From NCBI GenBank assembly GCA_050613775.1, contig JBODTK010000103.1, forward strand, positions 310,001 through 374,000: a stretch of DNA of 64,000 nt, in the 5' to 3' direction. The position numbers were made by a program, and so were the translations under genes. Source of the DNA: Neocallimastix sp. 'constans'. Its lineage: Eukaryota. Shown here in pieces: positions 40,542 to 54,240 of the stretch. Under the pieces are notes generated by a model that saw only the letters and a list, made by a program, of their open reading frames with translations, had not been told where the DNA came from and ran no database searches. Numbering within the stretch: the stretch's first letter is position 1; every line of letters starts with the position of its first letter.

Positions 40542-42719
40542 TATATAATAACTTCTATTTTATTTATTTAGGTTTCAAAGTTTGGAACTTATATAAATAT
40601 TTTCTCACTTTTTTTTTTTTTTTTTTTTTTTAATTTTTGTTGTATAAACAAATGAATGTAATGAGTAAATATTTATATACTTGATATTCTATATACTGTT
40701 AGTTCTGCATTAATTTGATTTATTATGATATGGAAAATTTATTCTTTATTTTAAAATTTTTATTGATTATTACATATATTATATCTATTAATATAATAAA
40801 ACAATTTATTGTTAGTTTTTATATTTTTTAGAAAAACAAATATTACTATATATACTAATAATTTGTTAGAAACAGAATGTAAGTAATAATTTGATTTTAT
40901 ATATTAAATATATATATATATAAAAAGTTGAAATAATCATAAAATTTTTATTAGAAATTTCAAATTAATTTCTAATTACAATTTTATAATCTTTAATAAT
41001 TAGAATTTCTTATTTTTCTAAAAAATATGCATACATATCTATAGTTTTTATTAAATTATAAATATCAATTTAATAAATTTCTCTTTAAGTATATAAAATA
41101 ACTAATTATTATTAAAAATGAGAAATTGAAATTAGATTTTCCGAATATTAAAAAATGTTAAACTCTGTAATATTATATATTGTTATATAAAATTTATATT
41201 AGTATAATAACATTCACAAATTTCAAAATAAAATATTTTTTTATATTTTATATATTTTTTTAATTAATCTATAAGTTTTTTATTTTTAAATTAAAAACAT
41301 TATTTAAATGTGTAATATTTCTTTATTTCACTTTTAAAATCTAATTTTATATATAAAATTTGAAATTTATATTCAAAAATATATATACATATATATATTC
41401 TTCATTCTTTTTATTTTATTATTTTAATTCTTCTTTTTTATTATTTCAAAATTTATATATTTTAATAAATATAAATAATAAATTATTCATAAGAAATTTG
41501 ATTTTCACCTTTATATAAATAAGATAAAAATTGATTTAAATTAATACTCAATAAATATTTGTTATTTAATTATTATTTAATAATAATTTATAGTTCTTAA
41601 ATGTAAATTTTATTTAATACTATTTAATTAGTGAAACTATATATATTGAAATAAATATTAATATTCATATTATGGAATGATATTATTTATATTTATAATT
41701 TTAATCAAAAAGAGATGGATGTTATTTGATATAAATATTTTAATATTTTATTATATAATAATAAATATGTATATATAAAATATTTTAAAAATAAAAAAAA
41801 AATTAATTTCAAAAAAAAAAAAAAATAAATTAATAAATATTATAAATTTATTATAGCAGATTTCAAATTATATACAAAATTAACAATCTATTTAAAATAT
41901 ATTAAAATATTAAATTATGAAATAATAAATAAATAAAATACTTTATATTAAGTTTATATATTTATTTTATATTTAAAATATTTATTCCTTTTTTTTTTTA
42001 TATATTATCATTTTAAGTTTAATATATCAAAATAAAAAATAAAATAAAATACTCTGTAGAAATGGTATATTAAAAGTAAGTACATAATATATCAAATTAC
42101 ATAGAATAAATGTATATTAATCATATAAAACAATTGACTGATACACTAAATTAATATATATTTATTTTATTTATTATTACTTTAATTAAACAATATTAAA
42201 CCACAAAATGGAGTAAAAAACTTAAAAATTAGAAATACTATAATATATATTGGATACTAAATAAAATAAAAAATATATTTATTCTTATTATTTGAATATT
42301 CAATGATTTATTTATTTATCTATTTATTTATTCATATTGCCTTTTTAATATTACTTCTGTTTTATTCTATAATAATAATTGAATATTATGTATTTATTAA
42401 ATACTATTTATGGTAATAACAAAAATGTATAATATAAAAAAGTTTAATGGAAATATATAAATATATTTATTTCATAATAATATTAAAATATTTATATATT
42501 TATTTTATTTATTAATTTCTATTTATTAAAAATATAATTTTATATAATATATTTGAAATAATATTATATTATATATTACATTTAATAAAATTATATTAAA
42601 AACTTTATAATTATCAATAATTAATAATACTAATAATCATTATTAATAATTTTCTACCAATTTCTAATAAGTTACTAAATATTTACTCAACATTTAAAAA
42701 TGATAATAAATAATAAATT

Positions 42720-43030
42720 CTAAATAATAAATAATAAATAATAAATAATAAATAATAAATAATAAATAATAAATAATAAATAATAAATAATAAATAATAA
42801 ATAATAAATAATAAATAATAAATAATAAATAATAAATAATAAATAATAAATAATAAATAATAAATAATAAATAATAAATAATAAATAATAAATAATAAAT
42901 AATAAATAATAAATAATAAATAATAAATAATAAATAATAAATAATAAATAATAAATAATAAATAATAAATAATAAATAATAAATAATAAATAATAAATAA
43001 TAATTAATTAATAATAAATAATAAATAATA
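42720..43030. repeat. (AATAAAT)n heptamer microsatellite, about 44 units
   Basis: Seen directly. Confidence 0.95.
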
Positions 43031-43882
43031 CAAAATATATAACATGTAAATACATTACATATATAACATTTATAGTGATAAAATTTATTTTATGATTAAG
43101 AGATTTCATCTAAGTAATTATTTTTTTACAAAACTTCTATATTACTTTATTACTTCTTTAACATTATGTAATATACTTTTAAAATAAAAAAAAAATTAAT
43201 TTATTGATTTTTAGTAAAATTATTTTTTTTTAAAAAAAAATATATATACAAATAAGTTATTTTAAAAAATAAAAATTTTTTTAAAAAAATAATTTTAAAG
43301 TTTATCATACTAAATTATAAAATATTTTAAATTTAATTAAATGAGTTATAGAAGTTTATATTATAAAGCATGACTAACCCATACTTTTTTTTTAAACCCT
43401 ACTTATTATACAGAACAGTAATGAAAATGTGAGTAAACAGAATTTAAAAATTTTTAATTAATCTGTTTATATATATTTTTATTATATTTATTTATTTATA
43501 AGCAAATTTATTGAAATAAAAAAATGGTCTACCTATTTTTTGAAAAATATATAAGATAGCAGGTGATTTTTTAAAATAAAAGATAATGCTTAGTAATTAT
43601 AAGTTTTGATTGTATTTTTATAATTATTTCACTTTTTTTTTTTTATTTATTATTTATTATTTATTATTTATTATTTATTATTTGTTATTTGTTATTTATT
43701 ATTTATTATTTATAATTCATAATTTAATATTTATTATATATTATTTTATTATATATAATTTATTTATTAATTTATTTATTAATTTATTATTTATACTATT
43801 TTAAAAAATAATTTTCAGGAAAAAAATTCCTTTTTAGTATTTATTATTAATTAATTAATAAATAAAATCTATTATTATAAAA

Positions 43883-44107
43883 ATGAAAAACAATAACAGT
43901 TTCATTTCAATAATCTCTTATTTGCAAATCATTGTTAAAAAAGATATTAATGAACTAAACCTCATAAAAAAATCGAGATAATGTAAATAAGGATATTGCT
44001 TTTGAGATATATAAAATGAATTTGCTTAAATCTCATCAATAAGTATTTATTTTGGGAAAATGTACCAGTTATTTAAAATTTTCCTCCCCTTTGTAGACTT
44101 AATATAA

Positions 44108-44147
<40 letters not shown>

Positions 44148-45185
44148 TATTAAATATCATTTTTAATCTTTTTTTTTTTTTTTTTTTGAGAAAGAAAATG
44201 ATTAAAACGTTACTAAAGTATTAAAATAAAATACCAATGTTGAGAGTAGATTTCAATCAATTAGTTTTAAATAAAAAATATTTAATTCCTACGAACAATA
44301 AGTATTATTTTCATGTAGTGTGTTCCCTTGGAAAATTCATATGGTCAGATTTTTAGTTGAATATGGAGCAGATTTAATTAAAGAAAATGATAAAAGAGAA
44401 ACACTATTATTCCATTCATGTAAAAGTGGAAATATAAATTTAGGGAGGATTTAATTGAACATGAAACAAATATAAATAAAAAAGATATTCAGAAGAAGAA
44501 CCATTATTTGCTGTATTTGAAAATAGAAATGAAAGCATTATAAAATATTTCCTTGACCTTGGGGTAGATATAAATAAAGCTGAATGATAGTTTAATAAAA
44601 CATCATTTTTTTGGGGAAGTTAAGTAAAATATGGAGCTGATATATATATATATAGAAAATCGGAATAGTACAAAACCATTATTTAATGCATGTATAAAAG
44701 GATATGAAAATATAGTAAGATATTTAATTAAACCTGAAATAGGTATAAACAAAAAAAGACTGTCAAATTGAGACATCATTTTCTTTTTCTTCATGTAGAA
44801 GTTGAAATTAAAACTTAGTGAAATATATAGTTGAACTTGAAGTGGATACAAATAGAAGATATTTGAATGGTGGTACATCATTATTTGAGGTATGTAAAAG
44901 TGGAAGTAAAAGCTAAGTAAAATACTTAGCTAAATATAGAGCAGATATCAATATAGAAAATTGGGATAAAGAAACATTATTTTTTAGTAAAATTTTTAAT
45001 TGAACTTGGAGAGGAATTAAATCAAAAAAAAAAAAAAAAAAAAAAATGTGGAAATGAAAATCTGATGAAATATTTAGCGGAAAATCAAGCAGATATCAAA
45101 TAAAGAAGGAAAAAATAATAATATGCTATTATTTAAGGTATATACTAGAAAGAAAACCATTAAATGAGGCAAGTAGGTGTTAAAA
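43883..45185 (+). pseudogene. Ankyrin-repeat protein pseudogene
   Basis: Broken frames read LVEYGADLIKENDKRETLLFHSCKSGNINL, EEPLFAVFENRNESIIKYFLDLGVDINK, KPLFNACIKGYENIVRYL and TSLFEVCKSG, with many stops and frameshifts. Confidence 0.85.
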
Positions 45186-45899
45186 AAATATTTTAACTTG
45201 AAAATAGTGAATTTCTAATTCATCAAAGTTTAAAATTAAAAAAAAAAAAAATTTTGGATAAATTAAAAATTAATTGTGTATTATTGTTATGTTAAATTTA
45301 ATATAATATTTATGTATATTTATACATCTAATTAATTTTCATTATTTTTTAATTAATGTATGAATAAATGAAATAATGAACCATAATTTTCCTATTAAAA
45401 ATAGAAGATTTTATATAATAATAAATAAATAAATAAATATAAATAAATATTTTATTTATTTATTTATTTATTTATTTTATTATTATTACTATCATTATTT
45501 TATTTTTAATTTCCCCAAATTTAAATGGATTATTAACCAATTTAGTTTTTTATCTGTCTGTAACAATAAAAAAAAATTATTATATAATAATATTATTCTT
45601 ATTATTATAATTTTATTTTTAAATGTTAAATTTATTGAATTTATATTTAAGAAAATTTATTTATCATTGATTTTATTTAAATTTGATGCAGAAATCTCAC
45701 CTATTAAAGTTTAATTTATTTATTATTTCATTTAAATGAAATTAAACATAGTATTTACACTATGTTTAATTTATATTTATTTATATATAAATATATAAAT
45801 ATATTTAATAAAAAAGTTAATAAAAGATAATTATTAATGTCTAAAAATTTTATTTACTTTCAATTATTGTTTATATAAAATCTTAAAAAAAAAAAAAGT

Positions 45900-46600
45900 A
45901 TTTTATTATCTTAATGATGGAAAATTTCACTGGATTCTTATTTGATAGCAAAGATATTAATAAATCTAAGCAAAAAGAGAATTAAAGAAAAAAAATATTG
46001 AAAAGTAGGATATTACTTTTGAAATGTACAAAAAGGAAAGGTTTTTCTCTCAATGGTTATAATATATTCTAGTAAATGATACTTATAATTTGAAATTATC
46101 TTCTACTTGTCTGAAAAATTTAATTGATATGAATTATTAGGTATTAATTTTAGTCATATTGTTTTTTTGTATAAGGAAGTGATTAAAATATTACTCATTA
46201 AATATATATATAATTATATAATCCAATGTTAAATACCGATTTAAATTAATTAGTTTTAAATAAAATAATATTTAATTTCAACTATCAAAAATAGATATTT
46301 ATATAATACTTGTTTTCCTAACAATGGAATAATGGTAAAATATTTAGTAAAACATGGAGACGATAAAAGTAAAGTAGATAGGAAGAATAAAATAAATAGT
46401 TGTACTTAGGGGAGATATATTAATGAAGAAAATCAAACGAAGAGAACTCCATTATTATATGCATTTAGAAGTGGAAATGTAAAATATTTAATTGAACAGA
46501 GGGCAGACATAAATAAAGAAGATAAATATAAGAAACACTGTTATATCATGTCTGTAGTAAAGAAAAAATTAAGGACAGATATAATGAATAAAGAAAATTT
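45900..46600 (+). pseudogene. Second, shorter ankyrin-repeat pseudogene, paralogous to 43883-45185
   Basis: MVKYLVKHGDD and DINEENQTKRTPLLYAFRSGNVKYLIEQRADINKEDKY. The N-terminal KDIN...DITFEMYK parallels KDIN...DIAFEIYK of the first copy. Confidence 0.75.
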
Positions 46601-46992
46601 TTGATTAATATTTATTCACCAAAATAATTTATTTAGAGATATTAGATATTAATATTACTATTACTACTATTAAATTATATTTATAAAATATAAATGATTT
46701 TATATATTTTAAAAAATAAAAAAATTCAAGAAATATTTAAATTAATTTGTGTAAATTAGATTAAGTTTTATTAATTTATCAATTATTTTTTTTGTATTCA
46801 AGCAAAATAATATGTATGTATTTAAAAAGACAATAAATATGATAAAATAATTCGATGAAACTAATTTTGTGTAACGAAAAATATGAATGTGTTTACAGAT
46901 AAAATTTTTTTTAAAAAAAAAAACAAATAAATAAAATTAATTAAATTTTATAATGAGAATAATAATAATAATTATTATTATAATTAATATTA

Positions 46993-47114
46993 AAGTAATA
47001 ATAATAATAATATTTTAAAAACAATATGAACAAATTATTTTAATATTAATAAATAATTATAATAAAATAATTTTTGTTCATATTGTTTTTAAAATATTAT
47101 TATTATTATTACTT
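46993..47114. repeat. Perfect inverted repeat, 42-bp arms (46993-47034 and 47073-47114)
   Basis: aagtaataataataataatattttaaaaacaatatgaacaaa and its exact reverse complement. Confidence 0.85.
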
Positions 47115-47140
47115 AAAGATGTTTTGTAGAAAATACTACA

Positions 47141-47293
<153 letters not shown>

Positions 47294-48676
47294 GATTAAA
47301 TCTTATAAATTAATAACAGAAATAAAAAAAATTTCTCAATGATTTGAATTCTTGCCACCACAAGTATTCAAACATCCACACTTTAATTAGATAGTAAAAA
47401 AAAATTTTTTTTTTTAATGCAAAGAAATTATTTTCAATTCTTTAAGAATTAAAAAATTCTTAAATTTTTAGGTATTTTATATAAAATAATAGTACTATAC
47501 TTTAATATTGTTTTAATAATTCTAACATTTATTTTTCTATTTAATAAACTAAATAATGATTTATTATTAATATCAATAATAATTATTATTTATTATAATT
47601 ATTAATTTTTTATAATATTTAATTATATAAGTTATAAGTCTTTAATTTTTCATTAATATTTTTTTTTTTTTTTAATTATTTACATCAAGATTATAAACAT
47701 TTGAAATAAACGCCTTAATGATTTATTATTTTTTCTTTGATGATAGGTTATTATTAGTATAATTATTAATAATAAATAATGAAAACAATAATTATAATAT
47801 ATTAATAGTAATTAATATAGATGATAACAGTATAATATATTAATTAATATTATAATGTTATACTAAAGTTGTAGTTAAATTCTAACTTTTAAGAAAGAGC
47901 TATTTTACAACTTATATTAAAATTAATTACTACAATAAATAATTAATATAGAAAGTAAATATAAAATAAATTTTTACACAATTAATTTATCTTATATTTT
48001 TGTATTTAAACACTTTATAATTTATAAGTTTTCATATATTAACCACTGTTAATATATGTTATTAAAAACACATTTTTATTACAATATTTTCCGTCTTTTA
48101 CAAAAAAAAAGAGACCATTTCAAATAATAAGTATAAATGTAAAATTTATATTTTGTTTGATCACGTGTATATTCTATTAATTTTAAATTATAAAATTATT
48201 AAATTATAAAAATTCTTTATTAATAGAAATAATAAGAAAAATAAATAAATATTAAATTAATAATATAATAATAAATTTAATAATTATAATGATAATAATT
48301 ATAATAATTGTTACTATAATAACAATAATAATAAATAATTATAATGGTTTTATGAAAAGTTATATTAAAATATATCTTAAAAATTTAATATAAATTATAT
48401 GACTTTATATCATAAATATATACACATGATCATATATTAATACATTTATTAATGTTAACTTTAACATTTCTTGTCAATAATAATAAGAATTATGTAAATA
48501 ATCATCAAATAATAAATAATTTAAAATATTCTATAGATTATTCTGCATATTTAATAAATTTAAAAAAAAAAAAATTAATATTTCTTTTACTATAGCAATC
48601 ATGTCATAAATAATTTTTTATAATTGAAATAATTTTTTCTTTGAAAATCTATTAAATCAATCATTTAAATTAAACA

Positions 48677-48954
48677 ATGGTGAGTAAATTTAATTGTTTC
48701 TCAAAAATTAAATAAATTAACTTACAATGATTAATAATAATATATTGTAAACATACTTTAAAAAAAATATTTTAAATTGGATTATTATTATTTTTAAAAT
48801 GGATTATAATTATTTAAATTTACATTCTGAATTTTAAATTATAATTTTTATTTTTAATTTCATAATTTTAATTTATATTTATATATATATATTTATTTTT
48901 ATAAATAATAAAATTGTTGATAAAATTAATTTATAGTAATAGTCTAATTGAATT

Positions 48955-49019
<65 letters not shown>

Positions 49020-51499
49020 TAAAGTCTGAAATTGGAAACTCATACAGAAATCCTTCACCCCCACCAAATGTCAATGAAGAATTAAAAGAACTTTCATCAT
49101 TAAACAATTATGAAAATTCCAAAAATGAAATTATTAAAATTGAATTAGAAAGAAATGATGTAAATACTAAAAATGATTTAAATGAAGCTTTTATAATCGA
49201 TAATAATTCCTATATGTTAACTGATAATACAATATCAACTAATAATGATGATGAAGATGAAAAAAAAGAAGAATTATATGATTTGTATCAACAAATTGTA
49301 TTATTAATGAAAGATATAATTGAAATGATAGACTTAGATAAATTCGATGAAATTGATAATGATGTTAGTAAGTATTTTTATATTAAATTTCTTAAACTCT
49401 TATAGAATGATGAAAAACTGTGTTAAATTTAATTAAAAAAATTATTATGTTTCATTATTATATATAATATGATATAATTTTATATATTCAAATTTTAAAA
49501 TATACGTTATTATTAATATTAATAATTATATTAATAAAAAGATAATGATAATGGATTACAAAAAAAATTATGTATTTTATGGGATATAACAAGTCAAGAA
49601 GAAAATGCTAAATTGGTAGTAAATTGCATCTCTTCATCTATTTCAGTATTTTTAAAATTAATATCAATAACAAAATTAGAGAGAACTCAAGAATTATGTC
49701 TTGGAATTTTAGGAAATATAGCGTGTTTTGAATCATTATTCAATTCACTGTATGAAAATGAGATTTTAATAAATATCTTAGGACTAACCTTCTCTTCATC
49801 AATGGATCCTGAAGTTCTTTTTTCCTGTTGTCGTTTAATAAAAAACATAATTATTGGATTTTGCAAGTTGACATATATTCAAGAAAATGATACCAATAAT
49901 AGTAATCATAATATTAATCAAAAAGATAATAAAATAAATGATTTTGAAGATAAATCAAATCTAAAAAATTTATTTGATCAAGCTTTTCATTTTCATAAAA
50001 ATTTTATGAAAAGTTTTCGGAATTATGATATTTACAAAAAATTTATATTTATTTTAGAAAATTCCTTAAATAGTAATCTTTTAAAAGAGGTACTAGATAT
50101 AATCTATTTATTATATTCAACCGTTTTTTTAAAAGAATATTTTATTTTTGATATTCTTGATGAATGGAATAATGAAACTGATCAAGATAATAACAGCAAT
50201 GAGAATAAAAATGAAAATGAAAATGAAAATGAAAATGAAAATGAAAATGAAAATGAAAAATTAAAAATGGCAGAATATCATTTAGAAATATTTAAGTCTA
50301 TTCCTGAGTACTTAATGAATTTTATTATTAAAAATTTCCAATATATAAATTTTGTTGAACGAAAGAAGATTGAACATAAGGATACATTCATTGTGGAAAA
50401 AACAAAGGAAGAGAAAGCAAAAGAAAATAAGATATTTTTTCAAAATAAATTATTTTTTGATATTTTTGAATCAAAATTTGAAACTATGGTTTCTTTATTA
50501 CGAATAGCTTATATCCTATTAAGAAATAATAATTTTTTAATGATAAATGAACAGATTCAACAAAATCTTATTAAGATTTTATTAGAATGGATTTATTTTC
50601 AAAGTAGATATTTAAAAAATTCAACAAAAGAATATAAATATCAAGATTTTGAAGAAAAAGAAAATAATAATAATAATAATAATGATGATGATGATAATGA
50701 CAATGACAATGACGATATGGGTGATTCGAACCTTATTGATGGTATTAATTTATCATTTAAATTATTAGAATTATATATTAATATAAATAGTTGTAATCCT
50801 GCCATACTCTATGAATTATTTTTTTCACCCGAATATAGAAATATATATAAAATTGAAATCATAATACAATATCTTATTAGTCATTGTATGCCAAAGGAAA
50901 CTGGATGGAAAATATTAAATTGGATAACAAAAGAAATAAAAAATTATACTCATGAATTGACATCAAATCTTAATAATATGAAGAATTCCAATACAAAATT
51001 AATTATACAATCTTTTCTATTAAATAATCAAGAGACTATTCTGTCAAATGAAGCGATAAGTCTCGAACCTAAAATTAAGAATCAAGAAAAAATTGAAGAA
51101 CATCTTCATCTTTCTCTTCTAACAATTCTAGAATTTTCAGAATACTATTTAAGAGGAATTGAGCAAGATGATGAAGAAATTTATGGAGATATAAAACAAA
51201 AAATTATTCAGAATCGATTACATAAATTTCAAGAGTTACTCATTAAAAAGAATTCTATTAAAAATGAAAAGATAAAAAAATGGATAAAAGGTATTATTTA
51301 TGATGAAGAAGCTGAGATGGATTATCATGAGAAAGCAAGAAAATTGGAAGTTCTTCTTGTTGATACATGTAGTTCAGTACTCTCCTTAAGAAATACATTT
51401 GAACTACTAAATAAAGAAGAAGAAGAAGAAGAAGAAAGAAGCTATTATGAGCTTTGTCAACCTATATTTAATCTTTTATCAAAATTATTTGAATTCTAA
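48677..51499 (+). CDS. SAAL1: SAAL1-like ARM-fold protein; exons 48677-48679 (ATG only), 49025-49367, 49542-51499 (~767 aa)
   Basis: The spliced N-terminus is MSEIGNSYRNPSPPP (SAAL1 begins with an RNPSPP motif). LCILWDIT, RTQELCLGILGNIACF and DPEVLFSCCRLI resemble SAAL1 conserved blocks as I recall them. GT..AG introns keep the frame. Confidence 0.75.
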
Positions 51500-51862
51500 A
51501 GGAATATTTAAAAGATAAATATAATATGAAAAATTAATAAAAAATAAAATAGAAATAGAAATAGAAAATAAAAATAGAAAATAAAAAAATAAAAAAATAA
51601 AAAAAAAATAGAACAATGATATTGATAAAAATATAGTAAACAATTTTATATATGTATATTCTATAACTTATATAACTACCAAACAACTTAATATATTATA
51701 ATAATATATAAAATTTAATAATAATAATAATAGAAATAAAAAAAAAATAATAATAATAATAATTAAATAAATTAAAATATATATAAAAAATTAAATATAT
51801 AGATAATATGCTGATAATTATTGTATATTTTCATTATTTATTCAGTTTGATTAAAAATATAT

Positions 51863-51900
<38 letters not shown>

Positions 51901-52065
51901 ATTATTAATATTAATTTATTAGTAAATAATAAAAAATTTTTTATTTAATTTTTTTTTTTATTTAATTTTTATTTATTTATTTATATATTTAAATTTTATT
52001 TATATTTGCTAATAAGTTTTTATTTAAAATATATATTCATGAATAGATAAGATATAATTATGAAT

Positions 52066-52455
52066 TATTATTTCAATAATATGATATAAATGTTATATTT
52101 TAAGTATTATTTCAATAATATGATATAAATGTTATATTTTAAGTATTATTTCAATAATATGATATAAATGTTATATTTTAAGTATTATTTCAATAATATG
52201 ATATAAATGTTATATTTTAAGTATTATTTCAATAATATGATATAAATGTTATATTTTAAGTAATATTTCAATAATATGATATAAATGTTATATTTTAAGT
52301 ATTATTTCAATAATATGATATAAATGTTATATTTTAAGTATTATTTCAATAATATGATATATATTTTAAGTATTATTTCAATAATATGATATAAATGTTA
52401 TATTTTAAGTATTATTTCAATAATATAATATAAATGTTATATTTTAAATATTATT
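52066..52455. repeat. 39-bp minisatellite (TATTATTTCAATAATATGATATAAATGTTATATTTTAAG), about 10 copies
   Basis: Near-identical tandem units, one with a short deletion, and no spacers. Confidence 0.95.
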
Positions 52456-52476
52456 AAATTATTTATTTTTAATAAA

Positions 52477-54240
52477 TTAAAAGGAGAATAAAAGATAAAT
52501 AGTTAAACTAACGATAAAATAAAAAAGGAATGAAATTGACTTAAGCTTTGTCAATACACCAGAATTTAAACTATTATAATTATCTTCATTATCATATTGG
52601 AATTCTGTTGTAACCTTTGGGGTAGATGTATCCTTTGTAGTAGATGTATCGTTTGGGGTAAATATATCCTTTGTGGTAGAATTATTTTTAATGTTATCAT
52701 TACTTCGGTTATCTTTTGTAATATCAATTTTGTTTTCATCTTGACTAATTTTTTTAGAGGTGTTATTATCATCGCTATCACTATATGATTTTCTAGATCT
52801 ATACATACTTGTTTTATCTCCAAGACATTCAGCTACAGTGACAAAACGGTAACCCTTTTCCTTCATACCACTCTTCTCAATAATCCATGGAGCAATAGTG
52901 TTTACCGTGTGATTTAAAGAATCATGCATAAGAATGAGATAACTTTTTTTCTCTTTTGCAAATTCTTTCTTTAAATAATTAATAGAATCTTCAATTCTTT
53001 GTTCAATAGAACCTGACGTTTCATAATCCCAATCATTAGTATCTGTATCCCATTGAATAACACGATAATCCCATTCATCAAGTTGTTTTAAACATTTTTC
53101 TTTACAGTGACCCTTTGGGGCACGAAAATAACGTGGACGATCTCCTGTAACTTTATTAATGAAATCATCCATAGTGTGTAAAGCTTTCTTAAATTCTATA
53201 GGGTCCTCAGAAATTTTATGTTCATAAGTATGAGAAGCAATTTGAAAACCATTATCATGTGCTTTTTTCATTGCATCTTGAAATTCTTGAACATCAATAG
53301 CAAATGGATAATGAAATCTACCAACATGGAAGAAAGTTACTTTTATGTCTCCTTGATCTACTAAATAGTCAACTAATTTTTTAGTATATCTATGAGGTCC
53401 ATCATCAAACTATTATGAAAATAAATAAATAAATAATTAAATAAATAATTAAATTATTAAATATATATTTTATTTATTTTATAAAAAAAATTTTTTTTTT
53501 TTCCTTTTTTTTTTTTTTTTTTTTTTTTTAGTATTATTATTATTATTAACATTTCGTTTAAAAAGATATAAAAACAAGTAAAGAAATTATTATTTTTATA
53601 TAATATTACATAAAATTATTTAATATTTCTATTTCATTTTGCTTATTTGTTCTATTTTTTTTTTTTTTTTTTTACTTTTTTTTTTATTTTTTAATTATTA
53701 AGTATAATTGTTTTGTTTATAGCTATTTATGAAAGGATTTTAATAATAAATAAATATTTTTTTTCTTATATATGTATAAATATTATATTTTCAATTTTTA
53801 GATACATATATAATATTTAATCATTAAATAATTTTTTATTTTAATTTTGATTAAGATATAATTTAACTCTTATATATATATATTATTATTTTGTAACTAA
53901 TTACTATTCTCTTTATTTATTTTTAATCATAGTTTTATTAATTTTGATTTTTATCTTCAAAGTTTAATTTTTTTTTTTTATTTCGGTTTTCTTTTTTTAG
54001 GATTACAATTTAATATGATCTCTTTTTTTCTTTGATTTTTTTTTTTTTTTTTATTTTTTTTTTAAGCATTCAAATTTATTAAAACTAATTTAATAAAAAA
54101 TAAATAATAAAAAAAAGAACTTAATACTTTACCGTTAGAGCAATTGTTTTATCTTCCGTACAAGAATAAATAAATTCAGAGTGAACTAAACTAGATAGGG
54201 CTACTAATATGAATAATTTTATATAATTGAACATTTTCAT
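52477..54240 (-). CDS. CE4 polysaccharide/chitin deacetylase with signal peptide and probable GPI signal; exons 54240-54133 and 53409-52477 (346 aa)
   Basis: Exon 1 MKMFNYIKLFILVALSSLVHSEFIYSCTEDKTIALT joins FDDGPH through a phase-0 GT..AG intron. NodB motifs HTYEH, RAPKG, DTNDW and LMHD are present, followed by a Thr/Asp-rich linker and a hydrophobic C-terminus. Confidence 0.93.

Noticed and set aside
36214..40633. Plus-strand ORFs opposite the transcription factor
   Set aside because: Antisense shadows of the biased codons in the real gene. The same applies to the ORFs overlapping the deacetylases and the RT.
47343..47371. Small hairpin TTTGAAT-T-CTTG...CAAG-T-ATTCAAA, with a tRNA-like flavour on the minus strand
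   Set aside because: Too short and no full cloverleaf; it could be chance.
48161..48168. TCACGTG E-box upstream of the SAAL1-like gene
   Set aside because: A single short motif with no supporting evidence.
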